Positions 9,812 through 19,954 of a stretch of 64,000 nucleotides of DNA are shown here, one piece after another. The first letter of the stretch is position 1; every line of letters begins with the position of its first letter. Source of the DNA: an uncultured Clostridia bacterium (GTDB lineage Bacteria; Bacillota; Clostridia; Christensenellales; UBA1242); assembly GCA_944381135.1 (NCBI GenBank), contig CALWJY010000015.1, forward strand, positions 227,453-291,452. The letters run 5' to 3'. The translations under genes and the position numbers were made by a program. The notes beneath the pieces were generated by a model that saw nothing but the letters and a program-made list of their open reading frames with translations, made no database searches and was not told the origin of the DNA.

Positions 9812-12800
9812 TTATGCCTCAACTTTTTGACTGCCTTGAACAACAATGTTTTCGTTTCCAATGATTCCCGAAAGTTCGTTGATGAGATAGTTGTTGATTT
9901 TGACAGATTGCTGATATACCATTGCTTTTCCGCTGGATGTGCATTTCATGACAACTTGAGTTTCGCCCGGATATGACGCAATGGTGTTTTTGACTTTGCT
10001 GTATGTGTCTGGATTTTTTGTGTCAAACCTCAGGCAAAGCCTTTCTTTTGGCTTTTCTTGCGCTTTGCGTTCTTCTTCATCTTTCCACAAAATCACAACT
10101 TCGCCCACTGCCGATGGTGGCATGCCGTCTCTTATGTTGATTTTGCCCTTGATTGTGACAAGGTTGTCCTCTTCCAAAAGATGACGATATCTTCCATATG
10201 CGTTGGAAAACATGGTGATTTCAAGCGTTCCTTTCAAATCTTCCAACTTGAGATAGCACATTTCCTTTCCATTTTTTGAGCGTTTTCGGTTGACCTCCGT
10301 GATGATTCCACCGCATGTGAATGGCTGTCCGTCTTGCAAACCGACATCATTCACCTCTTGCTCTTCATCATAAAACTCTTCTTCGCCGGTCTCTTCATTT
10401 TCTTGTGTGGTCAGCATATCAGAAGAAAGTGTGTAGGAGTCAAACTTTTTGACATAGTCTTGAAGAGGATGTCCAGACATATAGACACCGATGATGTCGC
10501 GCTCATATTTAAGCAAGGTCTTTTTGTTGAACTCCTTGATGTTTGGATATTCCACCATGTCTTCCAATTGGTTGTCACCAAAGAAGAAAGAAATTTGCCC
10601 TATGCTGTTGCTCTTCTTGTCCTTGTTTGCCCTGTCCACCAAGTTTTCATAGACTGCCATATATTGCGAGCGCGCTTTGCCAAACACATCAAAAGCACCA
10701 CTCAAAATCAAGCACTCAATGGCCTTTTTGTTGACACCAACTCTGACAGCACGATTGATGAAATCTTCAAAGCTCTTGAAATCTCCATTTTCTTTCCTTT
10801 CATTGATGATGTTGTCCGTCACCGATGTTCCAACATGTTTCAAACCACCAAGCCCAAAGCGAATGCCGTCTTTGTTGACACTGAAATAGGTTGAACTTTT
10901 GTTGATGTCAGGTGGCAAAACATTGATTCCTTCACTTTTTGCAAAAGAAACATATTTCTTCAAGTCGTCAGCATTGCTGATTCTGTTGTTTAAGATTGCG
11001 GTGATGAACTCTGGCTCGTAATAATATTTCAAATATGCTGTCTGATATGTGACATGCGCATAGGCTGCCGCGTGAGATTTGTTGAAAGCATATTTTGCAA
11101 ACTCTTTCATTTCGTTGAAAATCTTGTCCGCAACTTTGGCGTCATGCCCAAGTTTGATTGCCCCAGGAATGCTCCTCTTTCCGTCCGGGTCTTCCCAACC
11201 ATAGATGAACTTTTCTCTTTCCTTGTCAATTTTATCCACCTGCTTTTTGCCCATGATTCTTCGAATGTTATCCGCTTGTCCAAGGCTGTAGCCACCCATA
11301 ACTTGAACAATTTTCATAACTTGCTCTTGATAGACAATGCAACCATATGTGACATCCAAAATGTCCTCAAGGCATGGGTCATCATAGACAACCTCATCAG
11401 GATGTTGCTTGTTTCGGACAAATTTCGGAATGGAGTCCATTGGTCCCGGACGATAGAGCGAAACCCCCGCGATGATGTCTTCCAAACAGGATGGTTTAAG
11501 TTCTTTCATAAACTTCTTAAACCCTGCACTTTCAAGTTGGAACACCGCATCCGTCTTTCCTTCCGCAAGCATTTCAAAAACCTTAGGGTCGTTGTATTCC
11601 ATGCCATACATGTCAATTTTGATGCCATGGTTTTCATAGATATAGTCGCACGCCTTCTTGATGTCCGTCAAAGTGACAAGCCCCAAAAAGTCCATTTTCA
11701 GAAGCCCAAGGTGTTCAAGTTCAATCATGGAATATTGCGTCACACGCTCGTTGTCTGTCTTCGCCACAGGCACAAAGTTTGCCACAGGTTCTGGCGCAAT
11801 CAAAACACCGCACGCATGCTGAGAGGTGTTTCTTGGCACGCCCTCAAGTTTGATTGCCATGTCGGCAATTCTCTTGACGTTTGGGTCGTTGTCATAAAGT
11901 TCGCGAAGTTCTGGAATTATGTATTTTTCGTTTTCTGGCTTGCCGGTTGTGCCGAAATAATATTTCAAAACCGGCGGTTTTTTGATGCCGTCAGGCAGTT
12001 TGCTTGGAATGAGTTTTGTGATTTTCATGACGTCTGGGTTTGGCGTCCTCAAAACTCTTGCCACGTCTCGAATGGCATTTTTTGCTTGCATACATCCAAA
12101 AGTTCCAATGCCGGCAACGTGATCGACACCATATCTTCTTTTGACATATTCAATCACTTCCCCGCGTCTGTCTTTGCAAAAGTCAACGTCAAAGTCAGGC
12201 ATGGAAACACGCTCTTTGTTGATGAACCTTTCAAAGAACAAAGAATATCTGATTGGGTCAATCTTCGTGATTCCCGAGCAGTATGCCACCAAACTTCCTG
12301 CACCGCTTCCACGCCCCGGCCCAACAGGAATGCCTTGACTTTCAGCATAGTGGATATAGTCCCACACAATCAAGAAATATTCCACAAAGCCTTGTTCGTG
12401 GATGATGTTAAGTTCCATTTCAAGTCGGTCAATGAGGTCTTGCGTCACCTCTTTATATTTTTTGTGAAGTCCCTCATAGGAGATTCTTCTCAAAAACTCA
12501 TATGGTTCTTCGCCTGTTGGTGTCGTGTAGACAGGAATATAGTTTTTTGACGCAGGAAGTTTATATTTTGCGTCAACATCGTGAATTTCGCCAAGCGATT
12601 TCGTTTGAATGATGACTTCACACTTGTTTGCAATTTCAATTGCTGTGTCAAGCGCTTCCTCAAAACCTGCCATTGCCTCTTCCATTTCCTCGCGAGTTTT
12701 TAAATAAAATTCTTGCGTGGAAAACTTCAAGCGGTTTTCATCTTCAAGATATTTCCCCATTTGCACACACATCAAAACATCTTGCATTTCGGCATCGTCT

Positions 12801-13429
12801 TTGTTGAGGTAGTGCACGTCGTTTGTTGCAACCAATTTGATGTTGAACTTCTTGGACATTTCGGCAAGATATTGGTTGACAATCTTTTGCTCTCCAATGC
12901 CATGATTTTGAACTTCAAGATAGAAATCACCCTCGTCAAACATGTTTTTAAGTTTAAGAGCCAACGCGTCCGCTTCATCAAAACGCCTCTGCAAAATGAG
13001 TGACGGAATGTGCCCTGCAAGGCACGCAGAAAGGCAAATCACCCCTTTTGAGTGCTTTGCAAGTGCGTCATAGTCGATTCTTGGCTTATAATAAAACCCG
13101 TCACAAAAAGCAATTTCATTCAGTTTCATGAGGTTCGCATAGCCCTCATTGTTCTTTGCAAGCAAGATGATGTGCCCAATGTCATCTTTGCCCTGCTTAC
13201 GTGTGAGGTCGTTGCATATGTAAAATTCACAGCCCAAAATTGGTTTGATTTTGGCTTTGATGCATTCCTCAAAAAACTGAAGCGCGCCATACATATTCCC
13301 ATGGTCAGTGATGGCAACAGCGCTATATCCACGCTCTTTCGTCATTTCGACAAGTTTCGTGATTCTTGCAATTCCGTCCAAAAGCGAATATTCCGTATGC
13401 ACATGTAAATGAACAAAATCTTTCATCAT
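9812..13429 (-). CDS. dnaE: DNA polymerase III alpha subunit
   Basis: 1205 aa. N-terminal PHP domain (HLHVHTEYSLLDG), polymerase core and OB fold. Start overlaps the whiA stop. Confidence 0.97.
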   Translation of the reverse strand: MMKDFVHLHVHTEYSLLDGIARITKLVEMTKERGYSAVAITDHGNMYGALQFFEECIKAKIKPILGCEFYICNDLTRKQGKDDIGHIILLAKNNEGYANLMKLNEIAFCDGFYYKPRIDYDALAKHSKGVICLSACLAGHIPSLILQRRFDEADALALKLKNMFDEGDFYLEVQNHGIGEQKIVNQYLAEMSKKFNIKLVATNDVHYLNKDDAEMQDVLMCVQMGKYLEDENRLKFSTQEFYLKTREEMEEAMAGFEEALDTAIEIANKCEVIIQTKSLGEIHDVDAKYKLPASKNYIPVYTTPTGEEPYEFLRRISYEGLHKKYKEVTQDLIDRLEMELNIIHEQGFVEYFLIVWDYIHYAESQGIPVGPGRGSGAGSLVAYCSGITKIDPIRYSLFFERFINKERVSMPDFDVDFCKDRRGEVIEYVKRRYGVDHVAGIGTFGCMQAKNAIRDVARVLRTPNPDVMKITKLIPSKLPDGIKKPPVLKYYFGTTGKPENEKYIIPELRELYDNDPNVKRIADMAIKLEGVPRNTSQHACGVLIAPEPVANFVPVAKTDNERVTQYSMIELEHLGLLKMDFLGLVTLTDIKKACDYIYENHGIKIDMYGMEYNDPKVFEMLAEGKTDAVFQLESAGFKKFMKELKPSCLEDIIAGVSLYRPGPMDSIPKFVRNKQHPDEVVYDDPCLEDILDVTYGCIVYQEQVMKIVQVMGGYSLGQADNIRRIMGKKQVDKIDKEREKFIYGWEDPDGKRSIPGAIKLGHDAKVADKIFNEMKEFAKYAFNKSHAAAYAHVTYQTAYLKYYYEPEFITAILNNRISNADDLKKYVSFAKSEGINVLPPDINKSSTYFSVNKDGIRFGLGGLKHVGTSVTDNIINERKENGDFKSFEDFINRAVRVGVNKKAIECLILSGAFDVFGKARSQYMAVYENLVDRANKDKKSNSIGQISFFFGDNQLEDMVEYPNIKEFNKKTLLKYERDIIGVYMSGHPLQDYVKKFDSYTLSSDMLTTQENEETGEEEFYDEEQEVNDVGLQDGQPFTCGGIITEVNRKRSKNGKEMCYLKLEDLKGTLEITMFSNAYGRYRHLLEEDNLVTIKGKINIRDGMPPSAVGEVVILWKDEEERKAQEKPKERLCLRFDTKNPDTYSKVKNTIASYPGETQVVMKCTSSGKAMVYQQSVKINNYLINELSGIIGNENIVVQGSQKVEA

Positions 13430-14391
13430 TCCTCCAAAGTTCCGGCAATTTTAATCAGTTTCCTAAATCTGTGCGCCAGCCCCGAGCGCGTCAGTTTGAT
13501 TGTGGAAAGTTTCAAAAGTTCGTCCAAACTCTCCTCTGGGTTTGCCAGCCTCAAAACTGCAACCTCTTGCAAATCTTCCGGCAAACTCTCCAGCCCCACG
13601 GTGTTTTCAATGGTGTTTATGGCGTCAATTTGTTTCATGCTTGCTTCCACCGTCTTGTTGATGTTGGCATTGATGCAATTAACCTGCCTGTTCACTTTGT
13701 TTCTAAGTTCTCGCGTAACAATTTCGTTGCTCAGTTCCAACACGCTGTTGTTTGCGCCAACAAGTGCCAAAATGTCTTGAATTGTGCTTGCATCCTTAAT
13801 GTATAAAACATAGGAATTTCGGCGCTCAAAAATCTTTCCAATGATGGAATATTCTGCCAAAATGTGTGAAAATTCGTTCAAAAATTCATAACTTTGTGAA
13901 GAAAATTCCATGTGATAGCCCGAGCCACAACTCTGCGACGCCTCTTTTGAAAGTTTGATGCTTGAGGTGCTTGCGCCAATATAGACGCCTTTAATGAATG
14001 CGCGCTTTGCTTCATCTTCCAAAATCAAGTTTTTGTCAATGTTAAACTTAAAAACCATTCCATTTTCATCAAAATCAATCACACCTGTGTCAAGAAGCAA
14101 GTTTTTGAATTTTTCAACATCAAACGAAATTTCATAAATTGTGTTTTTGCTGATGTTGTAATTCTCTGAAATTTCGGGTGAAATGTCATTTCCATAAAGT
14201 TTTTTTATGATTTTTTTGACATAATCAAACAATTTTTCGACATCTGAAACAATTTTTATGCTGATTTTATTTCCAACTTTCTGAATTTCTCCACAGGAAT
14301 GAAAAAGTCCCGACAAAAAAGCAATGGCACATGTGTCATCCTCAATCTCGGTTTGCAAAATCTCTTCTTTCGACTCTCTGGAAAAACTCAT
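13426..14391 (-). CDS. whiA: DNA-binding protein WhiA
   Basis: MSFSRESKEEIL... with LAGLIDADG-like repeats (AFLSGLFHSCGEI, AFIKGVYIGAST) and a C-terminal HTH. Start set at the ATG at 14391, preceded by AGAAAGGA. Confidence 0.88.
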   Translation of the reverse strand: MSFSRESKEEILQTEIEDDTCAIAFLSGLFHSCGEIQKVGNKISIKIVSDVEKLFDYVKKIIKKLYGNDISPEISENYNISKNTIYEISFDVEKFKNLLLDTGVIDFDENGMVFKFNIDKNLILEDEAKRAFIKGVYIGASTSSIKLSKEASQSCGSGYHMEFSSQSYEFLNEFSHILAEYSIIGKIFERRNSYVLYIKDASTIQDILALVGANNSVLELSNEIVTRELRNKVNRQVNCINANINKTVEASMKQIDAINTIENTVGLESLPEDLQEVAVLRLANPEESLDELLKLSTIKLTRSGLAHRFRKLIKIAGTLEE

Positions 14392-14538
14392 TTTTTTTAA
14401 ATTTCCTTTCTTTTTATTGTTTTTATAAATTTTAAAACAAATGTTTTCGTGCAAATCAAATTAAAACATCTCATCTAAATTAATTTTAACAAAACTTTAA
14501 AACTTCATGTCTCTGCATTTTAATTCGAAACATAAATT

Positions 14539-15303
14539 TCAATTTCCACGCTTTTTATGAAATTTTGGAAGTTTGTCAATGTTGACAACCTGAGAAAGTG
14601 GAATGTTATATTTATAAATTAAGTTCATTCCATTGTTCACTTCACCAACACGCTCCGGTCTGTGAGCATCCGAGTTGACAATAAATTTCACGCCTTCCGC
14701 AGTCATAATTTCAATTTCCTCTTCTGTGAAACAAATCCTCTTGCCATTTAGTTCCACATAGACACCCTTTTGCTTTGCCATTTTTGCCACGGCAATTGTG
14801 TCGGTTGGAAAACCATAGTTAAGATGTGTGATGACATCGATTGGATATTTGTCCAACGCTTTCAAAAACGCTGTCGTGTTGCGGTTGAGGCGTTCTTTGC
14901 TTGGACGGAATGGATTCCCAAAGTTGTTTGCCCAACAAAGCAAAGCCTTATCTTTCATGGAACTTGTGTGCACACACTTATGATATCCCATCAAAAGGAT
15001 GTCCAAAAATTCATAGTCCTCTTCTTTCACATCCACTTCACCATCAAGTGAGATGATGTTTGCCTCCACACCCAAAAGGATGTCCACACCCGTGATTTCT
15101 TTAGCGTTCAAGATGTCCTCTTGAAGTTGAGGAATTTGCCTGCGCCTGATTCCAAAAAATTCATGATTAAACCCATGATCTGTGATGGCAATTTGCTTCA
15201 AACCCTTGTCTGCAGCAACAGATGCATTCTCCAAAACAGAACCTTTCCCGTGGTTATGGCGAGAATATGTGGTGTGAGTGTGATAGTCTCCATATAAAAG
15301 CAT
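14539..15303 (-). CDS. PHP-domain phosphoesterase
   Basis: YGDYHTHTTYSRHNHGKGS, ITDHG, and C-terminal SDAH motifs of the PHP/histidinol-phosphatase family. Confidence 0.85.
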   Translation of the reverse strand: MLLYGDYHTHTTYSRHNHGKGSVLENASVAADKGLKQIAITDHGFNHEFFGIRRRQIPQLQEDILNAKEITGVDILLGVEANIISLDGEVDVKEEDYEFLDILLMGYHKCVHTSSMKDKALLCWANNFGNPFRPSKERLNRNTTAFLKALDKYPIDVITHLNYGFPTDTIAVAKMAKQKGVYVELNGKRICFTEEEIEIMTAEGVKFIVNSDAHRPERVGEVNNGMNLIYKYNIPLSQVVNIDKLPKFHKKRGN

Positions 15304-15498
15304 CTAAAAACTCCTCCTTTTCACCGCAAAAGTTGTCCATTATGCAAAATTTACGGCTTAAATTCCAAAAATCCTTAATATTTTCCGAAATGCGCTTTTT
15401 TCATTGAGTGACAAATTATATTAACTGCATTAAGTCAAAAATTGTCACTAATTTTCTACACTCCTATTTTATCATTTTTATGTCTTTTTTACAAACAA

Positions 15499-15945
15499 TT
15501 AAACCTTTTCATTTAAAATTATGGTGAATGGTCCTGCATTTGTCTGAGAAATTTTCATGTCTGCTCCAAAAACGCCCAACTTGACAGAAATTTTATATTC
15601 CTCTCTCATCATATCCGCCAATTTGAGATACAGTCTTTCTGCACGCTCTGCCTTTTCCGCGCTCACAAAACTTGGTCTGTTTCCGTGTGAGCAATCGCCA
15701 GCCAATGTGAATTGTGACACAAGCAAAATTTCACCGCCAACATCTTTCACTGAAAGATTTGTCCTGCCATTTTCGTCAGGAAAAATTCGCAGAAGTGGAA
15801 TTTTTTTGCAAAACCAATCAAGTTTGTTTTCATCATCTCCTGCCTCAACGCAGAAAAACACCACCAGACCTTGTCCAATTTCTGAAACAAGTTCCCCCGA
15901 AACCATAAGTTTTGCATTGTCCACAACTTGAATGACCGCTTTCAT
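15499..15945 (-). CDS. dtd: D-aminoacyl-tRNA deacylase
   Basis: MKAVIQVV..., SQFTLAGD, GNRPSF, and NAGPFT near the C-terminus. 148 aa. Confidence 0.95.
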   Translation of the reverse strand: MKAVIQVVDNAKLMVSGELVSEIGQGLVVFFCVEAGDDENKLDWFCKKIPLLRIFPDENGRTNLSVKDVGGEILLVSQFTLAGDCSHGNRPSFVSAEKAERAERLYLKLADMMREEYKISVKLGVFGADMKISQTNAGPFTIILNEKV

Positions 15946-16069
15946 TTCTCCGCCCCTTTGAATTTTAAATTATTAAATCTGAAACATAATGTTCTTGTGT
16001 GCAAGTTTTTAAGTGTAGTCTTTGTGTGCAAGTTTTTAAGTGCATGTTTTTGAGTACACATAAAAAGTT

Positions 16070-17080
16070 TTAGCCCGAATTTTTAAGCACAATGATTTCT
16101 CTTTTTGCAAAAACACCAACACTTCTAAGTTCTTTTTCCAAAAATTCCACCAACTTCAACACATCTTCACTTGTTGCCTTGCCTTTGTTTATGATGAACC
16201 CAGCGTGTTTTTCCGAAATTTCTGCTCCATTCATTTTAACACCTTTAAGCCCCATATTGTCAATTATTTTTGCTGGATGAATTGGATTTTTTCTCTGCAC
16301 AACTTTAAACACACTTCCAAGCGAGGCATATTCGCAAGGTTGTGTTTTCCGTTTCAAATCAAAATATTTTTTCATTTTTTCTTCAATTTTTTCGGTTTTT
16401 TCTCGAAAAAGCGCAAGTTTGACGCTTAAAATTACACAATTTTCAAGATTTGAGTTGCGATATTCAAAACAAAGTTCGTCTTTTTTCAGCCGTCTGATTT
16501 TTTTCGCACAAAGCACCGCAATTTCATCCACAAATTCGCAAATCTCATGCCCAAAGCAACCACCATTCATCTTCACAAGTCCGCCAAGACTTGCTGGAAT
16601 GCCATAACTCCACTCAAGCCCAGAAAGTCCCAGCTTCGCAAGTTTTTGATTTAAAACAAAAAGATTCGCTCCAGCGCCCACCCAAACATAGCATTTTTCA
16701 ACTCCATTGTCATCTTTTGTTTCTATGTATTGTGTGATAAGGTCTTTTTGTCCACGAAGTTTCTCATTATTCTCTTTGTGGCACACTCTGATTTTGTCTA
16801 TGTGACGCAGTGAAATCAAAACGCCATCATATCCAGTGTCATCAAACAAAACATTGCTACCATTGCCCAAAATGAAAAATTTAAATCCATTTTCTTCACA
16901 AATTTGCAAAATTTTGGCAATTTCAAGATAATTTTTGGGGAAAACGACAATTTTTCCAACACCACCCGTTCTCATGGTGGAAAAATTTTTTAACTGGACA
17001 TTTGTCTGAATGTCATAATCCTTAAATAAATTCCAATAAAATTTTTCACTACAATTTTCACCACAATCAGTTTTTTCCAT
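16070..17080 (-). CDS. murB: UDP-N-acetylmuramate dehydrogenase
   Basis: FAD-binding TGGVGKIVVFP and GNGSNVLF. SGLEWSYGIPASLGG. C-terminal GSVFK. Confidence 0.9.
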   Translation of the reverse strand: MEKTDCGENCSEKFYWNLFKDYDIQTNVQLKNFSTMRTGGVGKIVVFPKNYLEIAKILQICEENGFKFFILGNGSNVLFDDTGYDGVLISLRHIDKIRVCHKENNEKLRGQKDLITQYIETKDDNGVEKCYVWVGAGANLFVLNQKLAKLGLSGLEWSYGIPASLGGLVKMNGGCFGHEICEFVDEIAVLCAKKIRRLKKDELCFEYRNSNLENCVILSVKLALFREKTEKIEEKMKKYFDLKRKTQPCEYASLGSVFKVVQRKNPIHPAKIIDNMGLKGVKMNGAEISEKHAGFIINKGKATSEDVLKLVEFLEKELRSVGVFAKREIIVLKNSG

Positions 17081-17236
17081 ATTCTAAATATATGAATTTG
17101 ACATATAAAACGACCAAATGCAATGTTGACTTTTGCTTTTTACAACAGGAAGAATCTGTTCGATTAAATATAAAATCACCCAATCATTTGACAAAAATTT
17201 CAAACTTATGATACACTTTAAAGAAAGGGAGGAAAA

Positions 17237-18130
17237 ATGAAAACAAAACTTTTGAGCGCAATTTTTGCTGTTGCTCTTTGTGCACCTGTGATGTTCCTGG
17301 CAACAGCTTGCGATGATGGGCAACCAACCATCTCCGACATTGTTGTGAACCAAAGTGCTGTGAGAACAGTCTTTATGGAGGGAGATGATTTCACAAACAA
17401 TTTTCAATCGCAAGAAATGGTTGTCAAGCAACTTCTTTCAAATGAAGAAGAACAATTGCTTGAATCAAATGAATACACCGTTGACATCAGCCAAGTTGAC
17501 GCAGAAAATGCTGGCGAATATGACATAACAATCACATTTGAAGATTTCGTAAAAACAATTAAAATTGAAATCAAAAATCCCGCCGATTTTGTGGCATGGA
17601 CTTTGGAAACTGCCCAAATAAAAGCAGAACAATTGGAAATTTCAAGTGTTTGTCTTTCTGGAGATGGGGTTGTTCAATACATAAACAACAACGAATCCTA
17701 TCTTTCCTATTCAACAAACAATTCAGTCACAAGCTACACAATGTTCACTGATGGAACATATTATTTTTTCACTCAAGGGAATGAACCAGATACTTTTAAA
17801 TATAAAACCATGTCATTTGAAGAATTTATGTCTTCCATGGGGATTGAAACTGAAGACATCTCCAACTTTTCCAAAACATTCTATGCATCACAAATTGAAA
17901 GCATTTTCTCAACAATGGGCGAAATCACTTCTGCAAACGTTGATGAAAACAACTCTCTCACATTCTTTTTCAATGATGGAAACAATGGCATTGTGATTGA
18001 CCTTGGCTCCATGAATATCACAAACATACTTTGGGACAGCACAGGCACAGTCAACACAACCATCACTTTCAATGAAGAATACACTCTCCCAGAAATTCCA
18101 ACCGATGTCGAGTGGGAACAGTTGCAATAA
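17237..18130 (+). CDS. lipoprotein, function unknown
   Basis: Signal peptide with lipobox LATAC|D. SD AAGGGAGG upstream. Ig-like repeat flavour (YTVDISQVDAENAGEYDITITFED). Confidence 0.75.
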   Translation: MKTKLLSAIFAVALCAPVMFLATACDDGQPTISDIVVNQSAVRTVFMEGDDFTNNFQSQEMVVKQLLSNEEEQLLESNEYTVDISQVDAENAGEYDITITFEDFVKTIKIEIKNPADFVAWTLETAQIKAEQLEISSVCLSGDGVVQYINNNESYLSYSTNNSVTSYTMFTDGTYYFFTQGNEPDTFKYKTMSFEEFMSSMGIETEDISNFSKTFYASQIESIFSTMGEITSANVDENNSLTFFFNDGNNGIVIDLGSMNITNILWDSTGTVNTTITFNEEYTLPEIPTDVEWEQLQ

Positions 18131-18249
18131 AATTAAATTATCCACACGTTAACTTTTAAAATCAAAATAGCGACACAAAATTAACAATTATTAAATGATA
18201 GACACTAAAAGCCAATAAACACAACAATAAAAATAGAAAAAATAAACAA

Positions 18250-18283
18250 TAAAAAAATTCCCAAATTTCGGGAATTTTTTTAA
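18250..18283. terminator. bidirectional rho-independent terminator between the lipoprotein gene and rplQ
   Basis: A-run, AATTCCC-AAATTTC-GGGAATT, then T-run. Confidence 0.7.
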
Positions 18284-18399
18284 TGAATTTATTTTCTTTT
18301 AAATTAAAGGCAATAACCTTTTGCTAAATTTAAGATGAATTGTCTTTTTTCAGCATTAAGGCATTAAAGGTCAATTCACATTAGACAAGGTTTCGCTCC

Positions 18400-18909
18400 T
18401 TACACCAATTCAACAATTGCCATGTCTGCAGCATCGCCACGACGCTTGCCAAGTTTGATTATGCGAGTGTAGCCACCACCCTGACCTGACTGTTTTGCGC
18501 GTTCTGCATATTTTGGTGCATAGACATTGAAAATCTTTTCAAGAAGTGGGTGTTTGATTCCCTCAATGCGTGCTTTGAAAGCCTCAATTGATTCTTTTGG
18601 CTTTCTCTGCTCTTGCAAATCATAAACATAACCCATGATTTTCTTTCTTGCAGCAAGTTTCTTTGTGCCATCGTTGAGAACTTCTTTCTTAACTTTCTTT
18701 CCATCAGCGCCTTTGATTTCTTTGACAACTTTCACGGTGTCTTCATATGTGTTGATGGCGAGAGTTATGATTTTCTCAGCAATTCTTGCTGTTGACTTTG
18801 CCTTTGCAAGAGTTGTTTCAAGTTTTCCATTCCACAGGAATGTTGAAACTTGACCGCGAAGCATTGCATTTCTTTCTTTTGAAGGTCTGCCTAATTTATC
18901 GTTAGCCAT
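18400..18909 (-). CDS. rplQ: 50S ribosomal protein L17 (long form with internal insertion)
   Basis: N-terminal KLGRPSKERNAMLR and C-terminal GGGYTRIIKLGKRRGDAADMAIVELV. Lies after rpoA. Confidence 0.9.
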   Translation of the reverse strand: MANDKLGRPSKERNAMLRGQVSTFLWNGKLETTLAKAKSTARIAEKIITLAINTYEDTVKVVKEIKGADGKKVKKEVLNDGTKKLAARKKIMGYVYDLQEQRKPKESIEAFKARIEGIKHPLLEKIFNVYAPKYAERAKQSGQGGGYTRIIKLGKRRGDAADMAIVELV

Positions 18910-18980
18910 AACTTTTCTCCTTTTGGGGTTGTTGACCCCTTTTTATTTTTTTCTTTAAAATTTCTCAAAGCCATTGGCTC

Positions 18981-19934
18981 TTATTCTTCGTCTTTGCGAA
19001 GTGAGAAACCATAACTTTCAAGTTTTTGAATCACCTCTTCAACCGACTTAGCACCAAGGTTGCGCACTTTAAACATGTCACTCTTAGATTTTTTAAGAAG
19101 GTCTTGAATGGTGTTGATGCCTGCTCTCTTCAAGCAGTTGTATGAACGAACTGAAAGATCCATTTCTTCAATAGGAAGTTCCATAAGTTTCACTTGTTTG
19201 TCTTCTTCTTTGGAAACAAGAATGTTCATGTCACTCATTTCAGAGCAAAGTTCAATGAACAAATTGACATGCTCGTTGATGATTTTTCCTGCAAGGCTGA
19301 CAATTTCTCTTGCGGAAGTTGTTCCGTTTGTTGTCACTTCCAAAGTCAATTTATCATAGTCGATGCTTTGTCCAACACGAGTTGCATCAACGCTGAAGTT
19401 GACTTTCTTGACAGGTGAGAAGATGCTGTCCATTGCAATGAAATCAATGTTGTCATATTTGTTTTTGTTTTCATCGCTTGAAACATATCCTCTTCCGTTG
19501 CCAATCATCAAGTCCATATCCAAAACTGCGCCATCATCCATTGTGCAGATGTGAAGGTCTGGATTCAAGATTTGAACTTGGTCGTTTGGTTCGAAATCTC
19601 TTGCTGTCACTTCACCAGCACCATTTTTTCTGAGTTTCAAATATGTGATGAAGTTTTTGTCTTGATTTGTGCATTTAACTGCAAGTCCTTTCAAGTTGAG
19701 CACGATGTCAACCACATCTTCTGTCACACCACGGATTGTTGAAAATTCGTGAGCAACGCCTGCAATTCTGAAAGCAATGACAGCTGAGCCAGGAAGTGAT
19801 GAAAGAAGAGTTCTTCTCATGCAATTTCCAAGTGTGACGCCATAGCCTTTTTCAAGTGGTTCAACCACAAATCTTGCAAAATTGCCACCATTTGTCTCTT
19901 CACAAGTGATTTTTGGTTTTTCCATTTCCATCAT
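18981..19934 (-). CDS. rpoA: DNA-directed RNA polymerase alpha subunit
   Basis: FVVEPLEKGYGVTLGNCMRR..., C-terminal domain LSVRSYNCLKRAGI. Operon position fits. Confidence 0.97.
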   Translation of the reverse strand: MMEMEKPKITCEETNGGNFARFVVEPLEKGYGVTLGNCMRRTLLSSLPGSAVIAFRIAGVAHEFSTIRGVTEDVVDIVLNLKGLAVKCTNQDKNFITYLKLRKNGAGEVTARDFEPNDQVQILNPDLHICTMDDGAVLDMDLMIGNGRGYVSSDENKNKYDNIDFIAMDSIFSPVKKVNFSVDATRVGQSIDYDKLTLEVTTNGTTSAREIVSLAGKIINEHVNLFIELCSEMSDMNILVSKEEDKQVKLMELPIEEMDLSVRSYNCLKRAGINTIQDLLKKSKSDMFKVRNLGAKSVEEVIQKLESYGFSLRKDEE

Positions 19935-19954
19935 AATTTCATATCCCCCTATTA

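Noticed and set aside
11054-12550. 498-aa ORF on the plus strand inside dnaE. Similar long antisense ORFs occur at 44635-45339, 46278-46874, 49145-49897, 49970-50677 and 40432-41103.
   Set aside because: Each lies entirely antisense to a gene with unmistakable family motifs. Their products are low-complexity and rich in F, L, C and H. They have no SD or promoter. Long antisense frames are expected when the sense strand is A-rich and depleted in the reverse complements of stop codons.
18138-18146. Perfect DnaA box TTATCCACA here, and a second on the minus strand at 8709-8717, raising the possibility of oriC.
   Set aside because: These are isolated single boxes tens of kb apart, and one is simply part of a terminator stem. 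There is no box cluster, no dnaA or dnaN, and no switch in gene orientation.
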